Assembly (NCBI GenBank): GCA_040386535.1
Contig: JAZKFH010000006.1
Coordinates: 8,576 to 35,879, forward strand
DNA length: 27,304 bases
Direction of reading: 5' to 3'
DNA from: Myxococcota bacterium
GTDB lineage: Bacteria; Myxococcota_A; UBA796; SXON01
Part shown: positions 26,403 through 27,304 of the stretch, in pieces
How positions within the stretch are numbered: position 1 is the stretch's first letter
Layout of the letters: the number at the start of each line of letters is the position of its first letter
Notes under the pieces: model-generated
What the model was told of the DNA's origin: nothing
The model's database searches: none
The model's input: only the letters and a program-made list of their open reading frames with translations
Translations under genes and position numbers: made by a program

Positions 26403-27115
26403 CCGATCGGCTCCATGGCGAGGGCGCGGGCGCGCGCGGCGAGCACGTCGGCGAGGGTGTCGAGCTCGTCGGGGTGGGCCCAGGCGGCGGGGACATCACC
26501 CATCGCGGCGCGTACGCGGCTCACGTCGGCGAACGGGAGGAGCGCGGCGCGACCGGCGGCCTCGGCGCGGAGCACCTCGGGGTCGATCCCGAGCGCGTCG
26601 CGCACGTGGGGCGCGGGCCGGGGCGCCTCGGCGTTGAGCCACGGGAGGCCCTGGGCGTGGTCGATCGCGAGCAGCCGGCGGTCGGACAGGATGAGGTTGG
26701 GGTTGTCGGGCCGGCGGTCGGCGTTGGCGATCCACTGGTCGAAGATCCACATGTTCCCGAGCTTCTCGCGCTCGCCCCCGGCGAGGTGCTGCCCCGAAAC
26801 CCAGTCCACCCCGGGGCACAGGAGCGAGCCGAACGCCATCCGGCCGCCGCGCTCGAAGGCCTGGGCGAGCGCGCGCAGATCGTCGTCCACCGCGCCCATC
26901 GCGGCGAGCAGGCCCTCGCTCACGTCGAACAGATCGGTGGGGGGTGTCGCGATGCCGAACTGCACGGCCAGCCGCGACGACACCACCTCGACCAGCCCGT
27001 CGCGGAAGGTCCGCCCGCACGGCTTGACCACCCACTCGCGGCCGTCCTGCGCGACGAACAGCGAGGGCGTGGTGCTCCCGCGGCTCATCCAGCGGACGAA
27101 TCGGCGTAGGCGCAC
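26399..27115 (-). CDS. HipA-like (PI3/PI4-kinase-like fold) kinase
   Basis: RGSTTPSL, WVVK, EVVSSRLA..FGIATP, FDQWIANADRRPDNPNL and AIDH; catalytic Asp residues present. Confidence 0.85.
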   Translation of the reverse strand: MRLRRFVRWMSRGSTTPSLFVAQDGREWVVKPCGRTFRDGLVEVVSSRLAVQFGIATPPTDLFDVSEGLLAAMGAVDDDLRALAQAFERGGRMAFGSLLCPGVDWVSGQHLAGGEREKLGNMWIFDQWIANADRRPDNPNLILSDRRLLAIDHAQGLPWLNAEAPRPAPHVRDALGIDPEVLRAEAAGRAALLPFADVSRVRAAMGDVPAAWAHPDELDTLADVLAARARALAMEPIG

Positions 27116-27184
27116 GGAAGATCCCCCGCGGGTGGACTAACACCGTACCGTTCGGATCAGGAGCGAGCGGCGCCGGGCTTGGGG

Positions 27185-27304
27185 ATCCGGAGGCTCGGAA
27201 AGCCAGAGAGCAGGAATAAGGAGAAAGAACTCGGACGCCGGACTCCGGAGGAATCAGGAAAGCAGGAATAGAGGAAAGCAGGAAGGAGGAGAAAGAACTC
27301 CGTT
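27185..27304. repeat. Family A repeat at the right window end (truncated)
   Basis: 27252-27286 AATCAGGAAAGCAGGAATAGAGGAAAGCAGGAAGG matches the reverse complement of 366-400 at 33/35 positions. Confidence 0.8.

Noticed and set aside
1..27304. Whole window as a prophage or transposon bounded by terminal repeats; also tRNA/rRNA genes
   Set aside because: The content is chromosomal metabolism with no recombinase or phage genes; the end repeats are better explained as a dispersed family. No tRNA or rRNA signature was seen.

Overview
Very GC-rich bacterial window. The gene style (many Cys-rich, Asp/Thr-linker lipoproteins, a pseudokinase, a ferritin-like gene) suggests a Myxococcota-like organism; this is inference. 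Most listed ORFs are GC-rich shadow ORFs, and about 24 look real. Recognisable genes are icmF, bioD, guaD, a class III adenylate cyclase, two MBL hydrolases, a PhyH dioxygenase, a PHM/DBH-like copper monooxygenase lipoprotein, a VapBC pair, a small-protein/nucleotidyltransferase pair and a HipA-like kinase/DUF3037-like pair. Intergenic space holds several unrelated palindromic or dispersed repeat families, and one of them occupies both window ends. The best candidates for undescribed biology are: (1) a di-iron ferritin-like enzyme followed by an exported Cys-rich protein ending in CVPWGPPVPP; (2) a symmetric 186-bp element with four 20-bp boxes at 31-bp spacing beside a lower-GC orphan gene; (3) TA-like modules next to repeat arrays; (4) apparent leaderless genes and ultra-short lipoprotein signal peptides. 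Family names come from motif recognition by eye; no searches were run.
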